A DNA stretch of 64,000 bases from Octopus vulgaris (GCA_951406725.2 OX597816.1:88536001-88600000), one strand, 5' to 3'; shown: positions 46,563-61,556, numbered from the stretch's first letter. The notes: generated by a model from the letters alone, not told the origin. Numbers and translations are program-made.

Positions 46563-48649
46563 ATTTTATTCACTTGTCTTGGAATCTGCCTTTCGTAAAT
46601 ATTATGGACCGTATATTTAATATAATGTACATGTCTGAATAGCTGAAGAAGGGATTTCTTCACTCAGCTGGGACTAATTGTCTACATACACTGCAAGAGT
46701 ATCTTTCAGCCGGTACTTATATACCAAGTTTGATATTTACATAAAATTGTTGTATTTGTATATTATTCCGACCTAACAAATTGCCTCAGTTTATGTACCT
46801 AATTTAAGTGAATCTTCCTCATATGTGTTTTTGTGTATGTGTGTTTGTATGTGTTTGTGTATGTAGTTTGTATGCTTGCACATTTTTTAACTCTAGGAGA
46901 TATAGCTTGTAAAGTCCGGTAGAAGTTACTGAAATCACTATAGCGTATACTCACCAGCCTCGGTTGTGCGACACACACATAAATACTCCGCGCAGACATG
47001 CACGCACGTACAATGAGATTCGTACATAACACACTGTTTGACCGCGTAATGTGAAACAACATGTTTGCGAAGCTAACTAATCAACCACCCCCATCGTCTC
47101 CTGCCTCTATATGAGTGTGTGTGTGTGTGTGTGTGTTCATTTGTGCGTGTGGGTGAGTGTGTGCATGCGTGTGTGTATGCGTATCTTTCTATCCACATTT
47201 GCATGTATGTATGACTTCATAATTATTTTTCCATAATGTTTCTATTCTTTTCTATTTTTTTTTTTTTCTTTCTTTTTTTTTTCTTTTTTATTTTGTTAAC
47301 GTGTTACTGTTTTGTAATACAGATCAAACATTGTTTTAGCTATGTTTTATGTTTTCGGCAGAAAATTCTCTAGAGCAACGAATAAGGGGTTGAGACGTTG
47401 GAAACGTTATATATTTTTTTTCCACGTTTGTTTCTAAAACTGACTAAAGCCGTAAAACTTCACACATCATGTGAATCGTGTTGAAGTGTTAGACTTATTT
47501 CAAGTACGAATGAAGTTTATTTATATATTTTCTCTTTCTCAGCAAACAATATTTTTGCAGGTTTTTCAATATATCCTCCAGCTGTTTAAGTAAATTTTCT
47601 ATTTTAAAATCAAAATTATAAATTATTTTTGTTCCTCTAAAGATCATTATTTTTCCCCAGAAATTTACACATATACATTCGTACTAATACACACACACAC
47701 ACATGTATTATACTTCTTCGTTCCTGCCATATACATTTATGAAACACCTTTCCATAACTCCACGAAACGCATACACACACACGCACATACACACACGTGA
47801 TATCGTGATAATCAATTTTGTACTTATATGAAATTCTGTTTTACTGTTTCATTTACGTTTATTTATTTGTTTTCTTTTCGTTGTAATTTATTTTATATTT
47901 CATTCACACAACGACAGAATAGTCTACATTTACTATACTCTTTTCTTCTAGCAAGAAACTAATGTTACGAAAGGATTACGAATATTTAAAATTGTTACTA
48001 TGCACAATGTAAAATGGTATATGCCTAATTGGATAACACGGAATACGGGTTTTTCCTTAAGCTTGGCAACGACATAAGAATAAAAGAATAAAAGAATATG
48101 TTGAAGGTATGATATTGAATAGAGCAGCGCCAACTCCCACATTTTACCTAATATTTGGCATGAAACAGTTTATCAATTTGTACTGAAATTATACACACAT
48201 ACACACACATACACACAAACACACATACACACACACATATAGAAACATTTTGTGCCTATGTGTAAGGAGAAACATGTAATAGTGCAAGTAAGTGTAACAG
48301 GATGAAATTATCAGAACATAACATGATCTAATTTTTAGATCATGTTACAATGCCAAAAGTAAAATCATCCAACAGTTACAGCATCGTGTTAAAGATATCT
48401 TAAGAAGAGCATCACCTATTAAACAATATATTTCCAGGAAATGCACAGTCAGCACATTAAGTGAAATTACTATCGATTCGCAATCATATGCGTTAGAGGA
48501 GAAACGAAGATATGCTATGATTCTTTCCCTACTTTAAATGTATGTGTGAAATAATATTGCAGTCTACCCAGGCCTTATTGAAACTAGATATTATTTAGGG
48601 TTTCGAGACTTGGCAGCTAATCCTATTGGAGTTAACTAAGCATTTGTAG

Positions 48650-48965
48650 GAGAAAAGTGAGGGTGGGAGGCGCAAGAGAGAAAGAAGGTTTGGTAGTGAG
48701 AGCTGATAGAGCCTGACGCGAAAACGAGGTGTTTGCAAATAGAGGCTGGTAGTTGAGGATCTGCTGGTCAGTGAGAGAGTAAGGGAAATGGAACACTGAG
48801 CATTATAGGAATGAGCAGAAGAGTCGCCGTAGAGGCTGCTGTGAAAACGTCTAGATGACTTTGGTAGAGAAATGTTTAGTGAGGTTAGTAGAATATCGCT
48901 TGGACTCGGGCCAAGGATTGTTCAGATTTGATCAGCTCTCCAGGATAAGGCTGTATGTTGTAAGA
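48650..48965 (-). mobile_element. Possible very old LINE remnant
   Basis: Purine-rich block of higher GC; the minus strand weakly resembles the pre-RT linker of CR1/L2 elements. No firm motif. Confidence 0.25.
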
Positions 48966-50534
48966 TCTGAAATTCACAAGAAACCATGACAAAGTTTCCA
49001 AGTATTTTATTTTAAACCAAAAGATAATAATAATACATTCTGCAGATTTTTCGACTTAGTATATCTACTGAAGATTAGAATAAAGAGAATCAAACTTATA
49101 AGAGTCTCTCTGTGTACTGAAGATCTTACAGCAGAGAAAGTGTGTTTTCTCTTGGGAACAAACAACTTGTGGTAAAAAAAAATTCTTTGCTTAAAGTAGA
49201 AACTTCAAAGACATGAACTGCAGAACATAAAAGGCATATGAATGTATCTCATGCTGTTATGCAGAACAACACTGAAAGGCTAATGGAAAATAAAAGCCGT
49301 AGTACATACTGTACAAAATTAAGAAATAAGGAAGAAAAAAAAACTAATCAGAGTTCACTTTAGATGTCGGGACATTATAGCTACAGTTTCAGAAATTACA
49401 TTTATTGCACGCATTATAACCATAAATGTGTATGATAATTACTACTGAAATTTGAAGGCGTTTCTGAAATGTATGTTGTATTTCATCTGGCAATTGACCA
49501 CATCTGTCTTTCCCAAGATATTTCTGCTGCTGTTGATTTAGCTTTGAAGAGTTGCCCACCGAACCGACACGAAATTACCTGAGGTTTGAAGTGTGTGCGT
49601 TAGAATGATTGCTAACAGTAACAAATAACCACAAACACATGCATACATGCAGAGCACTCATTCATGCACGCTATGAAAGACAACTTTAATCCACACAAAA
49701 TCACATATACATAAACATAAATCATGTTTGTCTATTATGGGACCTAGAATACTTGTTATACAACAATTACATAATGTCAAAGCACATATTTCTCTATACA
49801 AAGATAATTTATGAATGGATTTTCTATATGTTCCTTATTATACTGATTAGTATGAAAACGAATCTGTCATATGAATTATGTCACATAAATACGCACCGAA
49901 TTCTAAAAGTATGCGTTACTTAGAAATTGCTATTTCAAAAAGCGCAATTGTTTGCTATAGTACAAGTTTATTTTATGAGTATTTTAATTCTATTTTCGGG
50001 TAAAAAACCTTCAGACGATTGAACACCGCATTGCGTGATTACTGAGTAGCACGAAGTGAATACTCATGGATTAGACTAAAAGCGTTTGTGAAATGAACAA
50101 CCCATCATTTAGCCAAGTATAACGTTAGCACATTGACAGAGTCAGTATAGCGTTGTATAGAATGCCTCATGGCACTGGTTTTAATTCTGACTGCTGGGCT
50201 CACATCCGGTCAATGTCAAGGTTACATTTCATCCTTTCGAAGTAATAAAAAAAATGCCAAATCAGTGAGGTGAATTGTCAGAACATTGAGAAAGACAGGC
50301 AGGGAATCTTGCTGTATTTGTTCCGATTCTTTGCATTCTGTGTAAAAATTTTGCCATGGCCTACTTGATGATAGGTTGAATCCGCCAACAGCACCACCAA
50401 CTGGTCATTGGGTGGTTTTAACTGGGTCCATTCTGTTGTAACGATTCAGGTCATTCCTGCGGTTTAAGGATTACCTCCTGTCTCCCCACGACGAGTCTCC
50501 AAGGCTGAGTCGCAGTTTCCCTATTCACTAGGAT

Positions 50535-50870
50535 AAAGGGTTAAAGGGTAAAGATCTCCTTCGGTCATGAATAACCGTTGGATTACACCTAGAAAGTTGC
50601 CCCTCCGAGGCACAAGCCGGAGAAAGTAGATTGTAGAAAATTAGCAAGTCGCTCATGCATACCAAAATCCCCTCCTCACGCCACCGATGTTATCCAACGG
50701 AAAAGCAAAGGCCAATTCAGCTTGGCACCAGTGGCGTCACAACTCACTTCTACAGCTGAGTGAAGTGGAGCAACCTCAAATAAAGTATGTTGCACAAGAA
50801 CACAACACAGTCCGATCCGTGAGTCGAACTCACTGCCTCATGATTGTAAGCTCGATCTTCCAACCAGGTG
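50535..50870 (-). mobile_element. tRNA-derived SINE, family C, decayed
   Basis: The head and central region (agctgagtgaagtggagcaac...caagaacacaacacag...gtcgaactc) resemble family B; the tail differs and ends in taaaggg repeats. Confidence 0.7.
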
Positions 50871-52409
50871 CCCTCACCTCTAATGACTAAAATATAAGGA
50901 AAACACATATCTGGTTTTGTATTATACAAAGTGAAATTTAGTGAGATTCGAGTCATATATCAGGAAAGTAGTTTGAGTGTCTATATAATGGGAAATTTCA
51001 CTGTCGTGTATCGCACGATTTTACCAATCTGTATGTCTGTATGTTTTAATTTTTATTAGTATTGATTTTCTTATAATTTCTGTGGTAATCTTAATAATCA
51101 CATGGTTTCGTGAAAATGACTTTGCTGTAGAATCGTTCTTCTAAAAAAACATATTTACGTAAATAACCCACTAGCCTGTTATTATCATTAGTAAGGCGAA
51201 ATGGTATTTAAAAACATAACACCGTATGAACTTATCATAAACAATATGTATGTTTTTACACTACAAAAAGTTCTATAATTAGGATACTCTCATTTCATAA
51301 CGCAGGAATTGTGTGTGTGTATGTTTGTGTATGTATGTGCATGCGCGCGTCTGTTTGTGTGTATGTGTTTTTGTGAGAGTGTGTGTGTGTGTGCGCGCGC
51401 GCGCACACACGCATATTGAAGCTCCTTTAGTTGGTTAATGCGGCACCTAATCTCCTTTATTTGATCTGCTTTAGAAAAGATGTATCACTTTAGAAAGCAA
51501 GAGAGTTAAATACTTCTAAAAAGATGCTCCACTGCTAAATATTCTGATATGAATAGCTGTATTTCACTTCTTTTAGCAAACAAATTCCTTGCGAAATACG
51601 TATCAGTAAGTATATGGAACCAGTTAATATCGACAATAAAACAGTTGACCTAACAATTATGAATTAATATCCGATATTCAAAAATAGTTTAGCTTTGATT
51701 ACTTACTTCATTCTGGGTGAAAGTAATGAATCGCTGTTGCACACAAACTTATCACTGCTGGAAATCTTTTTCGTCTTTTATCAAACAATATAATTTAAGT
51801 TCAAGCTATGATTTAAAATAAACCGCTTTGACACATCTAATAAAGTAAGGAGTGCGAAACAAAACACGTCTTTAATCTTCAAGAAATAGCAAACGCTCGG
51901 TTAAAAGAGGATAAGAAATAAATAGATGATAAAAATATGTGAAGACAAAGAAAGAACGAAAAATTGAATAGAAAATTTAAAATGTGTTGATGAGCATCGT
52001 CATGAAACGAAGAACAATCTATACTACTTAAAACTGATAAAAAATTCAAATATTGAAAAAAAAGATCACGTTTGGAAACAGGATGCTCTCAAATGCATCG
52101 ATCCCTGAACCTTAATACTATTCTGACTAATTATCCACAGAATGATGATAGACAAAATTGATTTCAGAATGATTGGAGCTCAGATGCTAATAGTTGTAAC
52201 GAAAATCTGCAAGGCATTTAGACGGGTGTTGGAACGATTCTGTGACAACCGACGTAGGTGGGCCGGAGTGTTCATAGACTGGTTATGAAGGAGTAATGCT
52301 AGAGCTGTGAAATCGTGCATTCATTAATTTTATAGGTCTTTCTTAAAAACGGCCTTGTTCGTTTCCACGTAAACTGACATCTGACTGTTCGAGAAAATCT
52401 TCAAAGTAA

Positions 52410-52825
52410 CTAGTCAAAAAAAGTCATCAACATCAGATATGACTTCATCATCACTGCGACACTGTGTCCCAACTAAGTGTTTTTTCATGTTGAGGAACAG
52501 ATTATATCAGACGGGAGACAAATCAGAAAAATAGGGAGGGTAATCAATCAGTTCAAAGTTAAAGTCACACACAACAGTTTTTGGAACCAAGGACTTTTGT
52601 GCTGAAGTATTGTTATGATGAAACAAGACATCATTCGTCAATTTTTTGTGTGTCTGGTCTTGGTAGCCTTTCGTAACTGTTTCAGCAAGTTAGCATGTTA
52701 TTCTCCATTGATGGTATGGCCTTTTCCAAGATAGTCAATAAACACAATGCGTTTTGGACTACAAACACTAAGGCCATCTCCTTCCCTCCCGATGAAACTA
52801 CTTTGGCCTTCTTTGGAGGGGATTA
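52410..52825 (-). mobile_element. Mariner transposase fragment
   Basis: Minus strand gives PPKKAKVVSSGGKEMA...IVFIDYLGKGHTINGE...VLFHHNN...FELIDYPPYFSDLSP...SDDEVI. Confidence 0.88.
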
Positions 52826-54574
52826 GTAGCTAATACACAGATGAAACTTTGGGTGTATTTTAATTCTATGCAAAAGCTGTTTATTTTACAAAATTAGTGA
52901 AAGGAATATTCCGATCACCATTACGAAGTAACATAAATTGTACAGAAAACTGAAGCTGCAATTCGCCTGTAAATTCTCATGTGCTCACCGGTGTCTTTGT
53001 GTTTCGGCACTGGAAACCACCAGCATAATAAACTAGCGTAAGTGTTTGGATAAACTATACACTTCCTAACACTGCCTAGGTTTGTATCTCTATGGATTTA
53101 TTCCGTTTTTACTTGAAATAGTCGACCTATTAAATATGATTTGTTGATGTTCTTACGCCCCAATTGAATACTGATCTAATAGACCAGTGTAAAAGTATTC
53201 CTCTCTGGCCATCCTATCTTTTGTTAATTCAATCTATTTAAGACTAAAATATACATTTTGAAATACTGGGTGATAATCTAAATAATTCGGAGAGAGTCTA
53301 CCGACCAATTTGTACTCTCTTGTTCCTTGAAGTAATTACCAATACAAATATACGAGGGAAGGATACTGTAAAGCTTTTTGAAAGATTGGCTTGTATATGG
53401 TACAGCGTCCATCATATTTGCTAGTTCCCCACAACTGTTGGAGGATTAAACCGGTTTATATTCGGCTTAAATATTGAATTCAATGACTCTTGGAAATAAA
53501 TGAATAGAACACAAATTCAGCGAGATAATATTTGGGGGTTGTGCCAGGCGTCGACGGTAACACGGTAGGCATGAGGAGCTAAGACAAAAATATATTCCGG
53601 ATGGATTGGTGGAAATATTATGGACATAACCAGTGCCGAAGAACAGAAGCCACTGTCATATCAATACAATAAGAAGATATTGGATATATCATATATATGA
53701 GCTACGCGTTGTGACGTTATTGAGTGCGTCTCAAAAAAGAAGTAAAATTATTTTGTTTTAGATATAGTCTCCTTACGACTGCGTGTATAGTAGCACTAAC
53801 GCTTTTGATCTAGGAACTATAGCGTATTATAGATTTATAGATCTTATCATTTTATATTCTGTCAGGAATTGATAAGAACATAACTATTTTCTGATTCGAA
53901 AGAGAAAAAGCAGTTTTAGAGTACATTTAGGTACGTTGTATGGGTTCACCAGGAAAGATAGTCACAGATTGAGTGGCTTACGAATACGTACTGTATAAAA
54001 TACATTAAAATCGTTTAAAACACTAAACTAGGCTGCATTGAAAAACTTTTCTCCACAGAAAAAAATATATCTTACTTTACTGTGCACATGATCACAAAGA
54101 TAATATATTAAATATCAAATCTACACAGTAAAGAAAGTGTTTGAAAACGATGTAATCTCTCAATATTTAAGATATAATTAAAATAAACAACAAAGATTTA
54201 TCACTACTGAAAAAAAGCAAACCTTGGAGCATTTACAGGTAAAATTAACAGTCAAGACTCCTTGAAATGTCACTACATAGTACAAGATGTATATGAAAAA
54301 CGATAAATATATTGGCCGTGTCTAGTCATGCTGCCTACAATATGTGTAAAATTTGGCCTGTTCCTCGAAAGTTAACGTTAAAGAATATAAGGAAAGTTAA
54401 CGCAAGGAATAAGTAATTGGAACAAAATAAGACAAGACCATCAACATAGTATTCAAACTAGAGGGGAATTGATCTGCAAAACTAAAAGCCAAAACTTTTT
54501 TGTTTTAAAATAGGTTTCCAGATATGTGCTACAGCCTTGTGGCATGAAATGAAATGACACTCAGGTAAATCCAG

Positions 54575-55990
54575 AATACAGGACTCAACACTACAATAAA
54601 CTACCACACAAGTATGGTCTACCTAAGTTTCACATGGATGGTATTCCATTAAGACCTATAGTGAGTTGTAGAGGTTCAGCATGTCATCCTCTGAGCCGCT
54701 TCCTTGTGGATATAGTCAATCCATTAGCAGTAGTGTCAACATTGTACGTGAAGTATGCCACCCACTTCACGAAATTGGTCAATGATACCCTCATTGAATC
54801 CAACAAGATGATGAGTCTAGATGTGATAAGTTTGTGCACCAAACTCCGAACTGGTGAAGCACTATCGGTGATTCAAGAAAAACTAGTGACAGACACCCAT
54901 CTAAAAGAACGCACTAGTATACCAATAAGAAACTTGATGGAAATGTTGACCTTCTGTGTAGAAACTACCTACTTCAGTATGGACACTGATATATATCGAC
55001 ATGAAGAGGTTTTAACAGTGGGATCGCCATTAGCACTGATAATAGCCAATCTATATATGGAATACTTTGAGAATTTGGCTTTAGGATCAACACCACTAAA
55101 ACTAACCCTAAGGTTGCGATATGTTGATGACACCTTCATACTCTGGCCCCACTAGGAAAATGTCCAAGGGCTGTTAGATCATGTGAACTCAATAAAATCA
55201 TCCATACAGTTCACACTGGAAAAAGAAAAAGACAATCAGCTAGCATTCCTAGACGTATTAATAACACGCACCAAGTATGGATTCAGAAATGGGTTACTGG
55301 AAGATACTTTCTTTAGCTTCACATCCCACCATCCATACAGCGTAAAGCAGGGTATTGCTCAGTGCCTAAAACATCGAACAATGAACATAAGTAGCGATCG
55401 TGATACCCACCTCAAAAAATGATCAAGCTCAGTAACAATCTATTAAGCAAAAACTACCCCAAAATTATCCACTCCAGTTATGAAGAAAAGAACGGATGAA
55501 AGCGATAAACTGTCCACTGTCTGTCTATCCTATGTGAAAGGCCTCTCCGAAAAGATACAAAACATATGCGGTCCATATGACATGAGGACAGTATTCGAGT
55601 AAAACCACCAGTAGGAGAGAATATAAGTAAGAACTGCGTGACTCCATCCCATGCACCTGTGGTAGGTTATACAAAGGTGAAGCATGCCACTCCTTCAAAA
55701 TAAGGGTAGAGGAACATCGCAAAGCTGTGACACGGGGAGATATTGATAAATCGGGTATAGCTGATCATGTTTGGAAAAATGGGGACCACCTCCATCTGTG
55801 GGATGAAGTTAAAATAATAGACAGAGAACACCACTGGAAAATACGAAAACTAAAAGAAGCAGCACATATGCTAAGGCATGACAACCTCCTAAGCAGACCG
55901 AGTGGAGATATGAACATCATATGGGAACCGGTATTAAGGAAGGATGGGAGAATATCTACACTACTACATCTGCGTGCAGAGTGATTCGGC
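54575..55990 (+). mobile_element. Penelope-like retroelement, decayed ORF (reverse transcriptase + GIY-YIG endonuclease)
   Basis: YGLPKFHMDGIPLRPIVS, SLDVISL, GSPLA...ANLYME, LRYVDDTF, IQFTLEKEKDNQLAFLDVLI; endonuclease IPCTCGRLYKGE...RVEEH...SGIADH...RKLKEA. Interrupted by stops and frameshifts. Confidence 0.95.
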
Positions 55991-56533
55991 TTCAGGACTC
56001 TGATCCGGATTGTGTTACTGACAAACAAGCATCAGCAATCCGAGATTATATATTTGTCCATCATGCATTTCTGCACCAGATATTCTTAAAAGCGACACTC
56101 GTTAAAATAGTGTTGGTTTGAGATGCTAGTTGGTGATAATAATAACATACTTATATTTACGAATGAAAACTAAATAAGTGGAGGAAAGATTAATGATGAA
56201 GGCATATCTGCTGACTAAAAGAATGACAGCCTGCTGTTTCTGTTGGTGAAGCAGATGCACTAAATCATTATTTCAGAAGATTACGATCTCAGTGCATCTG
56301 TTTCAATAAACTAATTTGTTGCACCAGCTGATTGTGCGCAAATCTGATAGCATAGGCATATCTTTTAACATCAGATTGTTTGTTGTTAGCAGATTCTTGA
56401 CAAAAAAATGTAGCAGCTAAGTGTATCTATGTTCGAACCATTTGAGTGCCAAATATATTAAAATATGAGATATTTGCTACGTTACTCAGCTTTTGTTGCT
56501 ATTCATGTTGGAAAAGTTTTGAAAATATAGTGT

Positions 56534-56694
56534 AGGCGCAGGTGTGGCTGTGTGATAAGTAGCTTGCTTAACAACCACATGGTTCCGGTTCTGTCCCACT
56601 GCGTGGCACTTTGGGCAAGTGTCTTCTACTATAGCCTAGAGCCGACCAAAGCCATGTGGATGGATTTGGTAGACGGAAACTAAAAGAATCCCGT

Positions 56695-56776
<82 letters not shown>

Positions 56777-56990
56777 TCCGTGTGTCTGTGTTTGTCTCCC
56801 CATCATCGCTTGAAAACCGATGTTGGTGTGTTTACGTACTCGTAACTTAGCGGTTCGAAAAAAGAAACCGATAGACTAAGTACTAGGCTTACATAGAATT
56901 ATTCCCGGGGCCGATTTGTTCCACTGAACGTTATGCCCCAGCATGGCCTCAGTGAAATGACTGAAACTAAGAAAAGAGTGAAAATGTGAA
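56534..56990 (+). mobile_element. SINE family A, full length
   Basis: aggcgcaggtgtggctgtgtgataagtagc...(TA)n(TG)n...cagcatggcctcagtgaaatgactgaaac. Confidence 0.92.
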
Positions 56991-57079
56991 ACCTATAACA
57001 GAAGCATGCACGTATGTATCATGCCGGGTTCACCAATATGCAAAATGATATTATCAGGCAATGACAAACAAAATTTTCG

Positions 57080-57487
57080 GATAATAGTCTTTTCTACTCT
57101 AGGCACAAGGACCGAAATTTGGGGAGAGGGAGCCAGTCGATAGATCGACCCCAGTACACAACTGGTACTTAATTTATCGACCCCCGAAAGGATGAAAGGC
57201 AAAGTCGACCTCGGCGGAATTTTAACTCAGAGCGTAAAGACAGACGAAATACCTATTTATTTATTATCCACAAGGGGCTAAACATAGAGGGGTCAAACAA
57301 GAACAGATATAGATATTAAGTTGATTACATCGACCCCAGTGCGTAACTGGTACTTAATTTATCGACCCCGAAAGGATGAAAGGTAAAGTCGACCTCGGCG
57401 GAATTTGAACTCACAACGTAACGACAGACGAAATACGGCTACGCATTTCGTCCGGCGTGCTAACGTTTCTGGCAGCTCGCCGCCTTA
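57080..57487 (-). mobile_element. Dimeric tRNA-derived SINE with a Nin/Deu-type domain
   Basis: atcgaccccagt...aactggtacttaatttatcgacccc(c)gaaaggatgaaagg(c/t)aaagtcgacctcggcggaattt occurs twice (about 57144 and 57329). Confidence 0.88.
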
Positions 57488-58625
57488 AAATGTCGGATAA
57501 TATTGAACACTTATTTTTCACCTTTACTATCGCCAATAAATCAAAACATTTACAAGCTATACGGACATTTATTAAATAATGTATACGAATGAAGCTACGA
57601 TTTCAATATTTTCAAAAAATTACACAAATATAACAGAAATTCTTAATGTTAGAATCATAATGAAAGAATAACATCAGTAAAAATTTCTACTACTTTCAAG
57701 AGTTTGTTAGAAAATACATATATATATATTTCGGTGCAATAATATTTGTGCGTTTGTGTACGTGCACGGGCGTGTATGTATCTATGTCTGTAAATAGTGT
57801 CTCCGTACTTAGTGAGAATACATTGTATATACTCATAGAAGGTTCACGTTAGTAAACTTCTTTACCATACACTTTTGGATTAGCTGCTCTTAAATTTGGC
57901 ACTCTGTCATGTAACATCTTTGATTTATGATAAAATTGTTTGCATAGCAAGTGCGTTACTTTTAAAAGTTGTGCTCTTGCATACCTTGTGATTGAGCCGA
58001 AAGGCTGTAGCGTGACCATCCCTGATTGCGCCAATGTGCCTGTGGGGAAGGTTAAACCGGCTGTGACACCAGTTTAATTAATCTGAATCGTGATGACGTA
58101 AACACGTTTGTTGATGCAAGCATATTTAGTGTTTGACGTTTATTAGTAAAATAAGCTGCCATTTTGTGACTTTACGTGCGAATCAATGCAATACCACAAT
58201 ATATAACAACCTGAATTATTTTCCAAGAATGCATTGCTCAAGGGTTATCAATTGTTTTCTAACTTGTATCATTTTAACAATCTTTACAGAAATATCTTTA
58301 CATGGCAGGATATCGTGCACTTCAAAAAAAAAATTGATGTTTGCAAGATATTCTCTTAATGAGCGTATTTTTATCTGCATAGAATATATCTTGAAGCATG
58401 TTGTAATATGTAGGAACAGCAAAATATGACATGAAAGACAGAAATTAATATTGAAGGAAAGAGGGTAAGGAATAATCGGAGTTCAAATAGCTTCTACTCT
58501 TCCTTTTTCAAGGTAAACAAGCGACTTAAAGTTATACATGCATGTGCGTGTGTGTTTGTGTGTGTTTGAGTGTGTGTGCGAGTGTGTTTGTATATATAAA
58601 TATATATATACGTACACACACACTA

Positions 58626-58703
<78 letters not shown>

Positions 58704-59672
58704 AAATATATATATATGTATATATGGATATAAATACATACATACATACATACACTCATACTCACCCATTCATATTCATACTTACATGCACACTTACACA
58801 CACAGATGCATATAATGTATGTATGTATGTATGTACGTATGTATGTATGTATGTATACATATAATATGAAATATATATTGTTAGAAATGATATGCCAAAA
58901 CATAACTACATTTTTCAAAATTATCGGAGAAAAGTTTGGTTCCACATACACTTTTGTTGAATTAATGATGGAAAGGTAGATAATAACCAACAGCTATAAG
59001 ACAGTGACATGAAAGGCATGCCGTATAAGGTTGAGGATATCATTGTGCGATTGTGTTTGCAACAAAGTATATCTAACTTGGGAATATTAGAAGCGAATTC
59101 ATATCAACACGGTAATAAGAACCTCGTACATAGAAGAAAATGATAGTTTATACAGCGTCTAAGATTTTGATAAAATATTTGTAATATTGATTGCCCGCCG
59201 TGTGTCTGATATTGACTGAGTCGTGAAAAACAGAAATAAACAGACTGAAGAGAGAAATATTGTCTCAAGGAAAGGAAATAAATTGATTCCTTTTATTGGC
59301 ACTTTATCAAATATTTCGAATTAAAGATTGCTTATTTTATTCAGGTATAATAGTTTAATGGTTTAATAGGAAAGTGGCCATGGATTATGGAAATAGGTCT
59401 CGCATAGGTATAAGTATTACAACAATGGTAGGTTTCTATCGATTGGCAATACAACTTGGGTCGTGATCTCAAACGGTCAAGGGCATATATCTCACTGGAA
59501 AGTGCCCAGCACGGGGATAAAAAATTGATATTGTTTCTATAGTGTAATTTTCTGCTGGCTCGACCATCTCCAGTACCGGGGAGTGAAGCATGACATTGAT
59601 ATATCATCTGTCTCATGTTATTATTTTCGACGAATGATTCTTACGCAATCTCTCGAGATACAAAAATGTTCA

Positions 59673-59716
<44 letters not shown>

Positions 59717-60189
59717 CACATGCACACATACATACAAACAGACGCATACATTTGAGATACTCCGCCTACTATGCACAGATACACATTCACACGCAGACAT
59801 AAGCACAACAGAGCACTCTCGTAAAGAAAATAAGCTATAACTATAGGTAGGAAAACAGCAGAAAAAATAATATCAAAAAATTATTCCAAGTTTGGCATAA
59901 AGCCAAATATTTTACAAGATTGCATTACTGATTTAATTAATCTCAATACTTTGTTGATATATAATTTATCAGCTTGCACCCCTTGATTTTTGACAAACAA
60001 CGTTGATCCGAGCGGTTTTTGAACGTAAGTCAGAATAGAGCGTTAGCAAATACTACGATGTGTTCCTCCCAGATTTTTGCTGATTCTTCTGTTCGATGTT
60101 ACATAAACAAATAACGATAACATACCGAGCCACAGGCACAGACCCGTTTTATAAAAGAGAAAGTCTCCAAAAATGCGATAAATGTAAAG

Positions 60190-60495
60190 GTTCTCGAAAT
60201 AAAACTTGTCACATGGCTAAAATGATCCGAGATTTGTTGAATGAGAATGGCATTAAAAAGCTCCCATGGTCAAACCAGTCACCATATACGAATCCTCTTG
60301 AACACCTCCGGGACATAATGGACGGGACAATTCATACAAAGAAAAAAAAATAGGAAAGCATCTTCAAATATTTTGAGATTACTGCATGAAACTTGCCAAG
60401 AAATTCCGCAAGAGAATATTCATCATTAGATCAGAAACATGGCTAATAGGGTCCTTTCATTGAAAAATGCAAAAGGAATGTCTACCAAATATTAC
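60190..60495 (+). mobile_element. Tc1-like transposase C-terminal fragment
   Basis: CHMAKMIRDLLNENGIKKLPWSNQSPYTNPLEHL (WP.QSPDLNPIEHLW motif)...KNAKGMSTKY. Confidence 0.8.
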
Positions 60496-60626
60496 ATTTT
60501 CACATTATAATAGTTAATAAATAATTTGAATGTATAATATCAGATTTAAATAAATTTTAATGATTATAAGGGTATCTATTTAATTCTGTCATGTGTGCAT
60601 ATACATATACACACATACATACATAC

Positions 60627-60744
<118 letters not shown>

Positions 60745-60879
60745 GCACTGTATTTATGATATTCAATTTTTGGAAGTTTTGGATTCATTTGCTTAAAGGT
60801 TACCAAAACAGCAACTCTCGGACACTTTCATGTAGATGCCCTTCAGGGTTGGAAATGCAGATTAGTGTTTGTTGAGGAA

Positions 60880-61330
60880 GAAAAACCTCTCAAGACGTTC
60901 TGATATTGCTTATTTCTGTCTTTAGTTTTTAGAACCCATGCATACATCAAACCGAGTTTGTGGTAACTCTTCGATCCATAAGCACTGTTGATCTTCGTGC
61001 GTAATTTTGTGAGCGTTTGTGATAATTGTGATGTCCGATATCTTGACGTTAGTTATGGTGGTGTCGAAATCAAAGGAATTATTCAGAAAAGGCAATGTGA
61101 TAGAAAAGTAATTTTCTTTAATATTACATTGTAAAATTGATATTAATATCAGGGATCCGTTTAAACCAACGGATAACTTCTTAGGCACTTTGGCAAAGTG
61201 ATAAATGTGATATCCACTTGACTTATGGATTCATTTATCGAGGATATATTCCTTAATTCTTCTAAATATCACTTTCGGTTCGGTGAATTAGTATTATCGC
61301 TGCTTTCTTTGAATGGTCTTTCAAACAGAA
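60880..61330 (-). mobile_element. Highly decayed CR1-like RT remnant
   Basis: Minus strand gives QVDITF..FAK (compare VDVIYxDFAKAFD), VGLNGSL and HEDQQCL in the expected order. Confidence 0.4.
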
Positions 61331-61380
61331 ATATGGAAGTATGGGTCTAAGGAATTCTGTTATCTTCTTGATATGCAAAG

Positions 61381-61397
61381 TTCCTTCTTCCTCTTCC

Positions 61398-61428
<31 letters not shown>

Positions 61429-61495
61429 TTTCTTCTTTTTCTTCTTCTTCTTGTTCTTGTTCTTCTTCTTGTTCTTCTTCTTCTTCTTCTTCTTC

Positions 61496-61556
<61 letters not shown>

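Noticed and set aside
53350-53560. Possible mariner terminus (tacgaggg...)
   Set aside because: Too decayed; no partner TIR or transposase motif found.
54634-55155. Intact functional reverse transcriptase gene
   Set aside because: In-frame stop right after YVDDTFILWPH and several downstream frameshifts.
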